Source: Botryllus schlosseri (Eukaryota). Taken from it: a stretch of DNA of 64,000 nt. The first letter of the stretch is position 1. Each line of letters begins with the position of its first letter. The position numbers and the translations under genes are program-made. The stretch covers positions 2,730,001 to 2,794,000 of the forward strand of contig CM119373.1 in assembly GCA_051294905.1 (NCBI GenBank), in the 5' to 3' direction. Shown here in pieces: positions 63,121 through 64,000 of this stretch. The notes beneath the pieces are model-generated. The model saw only the letters and a program-made list of their open reading frames with translations, did not search any database and was not told the origin of the DNA.

Positions 63121-64000
63121 CTATTGAGAATAACAACGAGTTACTCAGAGCTGTTAGTCATGAATATGCACATCAGTTAAAACAGGTTAGCCAGAGTAAG
63201 TAAATTCATCCGTATTCATTTTAAAATACATAGTTATTCACTAACTTATCTTGATACGAACAAAATTAGATTGCCTTCATTTATTCATCACAATAATTTA
63301 ATTATTATTAGCATATTGTATCACCATACCGTGCACACTTTGACAAATAAATAATTCTAGTTGTCCAATTTCATCCTCCAAGTAGTACGAAATCTCATTA
63401 ATCTAATTCTAACCTAATTAGTTGAAAGTTTCTATACTCTTTTATTTCTCATCATATTCACTGTTCTTCTGAAAATGCCTAATTGATCATGGTATTTGGT
63501 AGTGAGCTAACAAAAATATCCGCCTCGTGCAACATCACGTCCAACTTTCAGCTATGGTGCACAGACGCTAACCAATCTCATGCTCCTTCCTATGAAGTAG
63601 ACTTGAATTTTGCAGGATTCCCTTGTCATTCATAATTTCTGTCAATTTTCAAGTTTTTGCAAATTGAGCAAAATCTTATTTGAAAAAAAATGCGCTTTAA
63701 TTCTAATATAATTCAATTTGGAAGAGCTTAAAATTTTCTATAGTTGTCCAAGCCTGGTACAGTGTACACATGTCGTGTAATAGGAAAACAGTGTATATAT
63801 TAATGCAATAGGAAAATACATAGGCAATACAATTTTCAATTTGCCGAGGCACACAAACAATTTCATTTTACTGATTTTCAAAGTTATGACTGCAACTCAA
63901 AGTCATCTTTAAGTAATGAAAGAACTCACCAGTCTAATATCTTGCAGCATCGGAAAGCTCTTCAAATTTTCAGCAACGCCACCGAATTGTAGCACCTTCA

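Overview
AT-rich, intron-containing animal DNA packed with transposons. An ascidian/tunicate origin is an inference from the peptide precursor style and the 55-70 nt introns. Host genes: (1) a small secreted Arg/Trp-rich peptide precursor on + (~14144-14452) that resembles a host-defence peptide; (2) a six-exon minus-strand gene (53831-43392) encoding a divergent C-type lectin domain fused to a complete F5/8 type C (discoidin) domain. The ORF track shows this gene only in fragments. Mobile DNA: an intact I-group (Nimb-like) LINE (gag-like ORF1; APE-RT-RNase H ORF2 with no AUG upstream of the endonuclease) in the last lectin intron; an open C2H2-finger/EnSpm-like transposase ORF running off the left edge; a 5.5 kb CACTA/EnSpm-type element; a decayed hATm transposon; Chapaev3, Charlie/Buster and Ac-type remnants; and more than 20 MITEs, many with exact 8-bp target-site duplications (TSDs), nested up to four levels deep. 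Most short ORFs in the track are chance ORFs inside repeats. All family assignments come from recalled motifs, not from searches.
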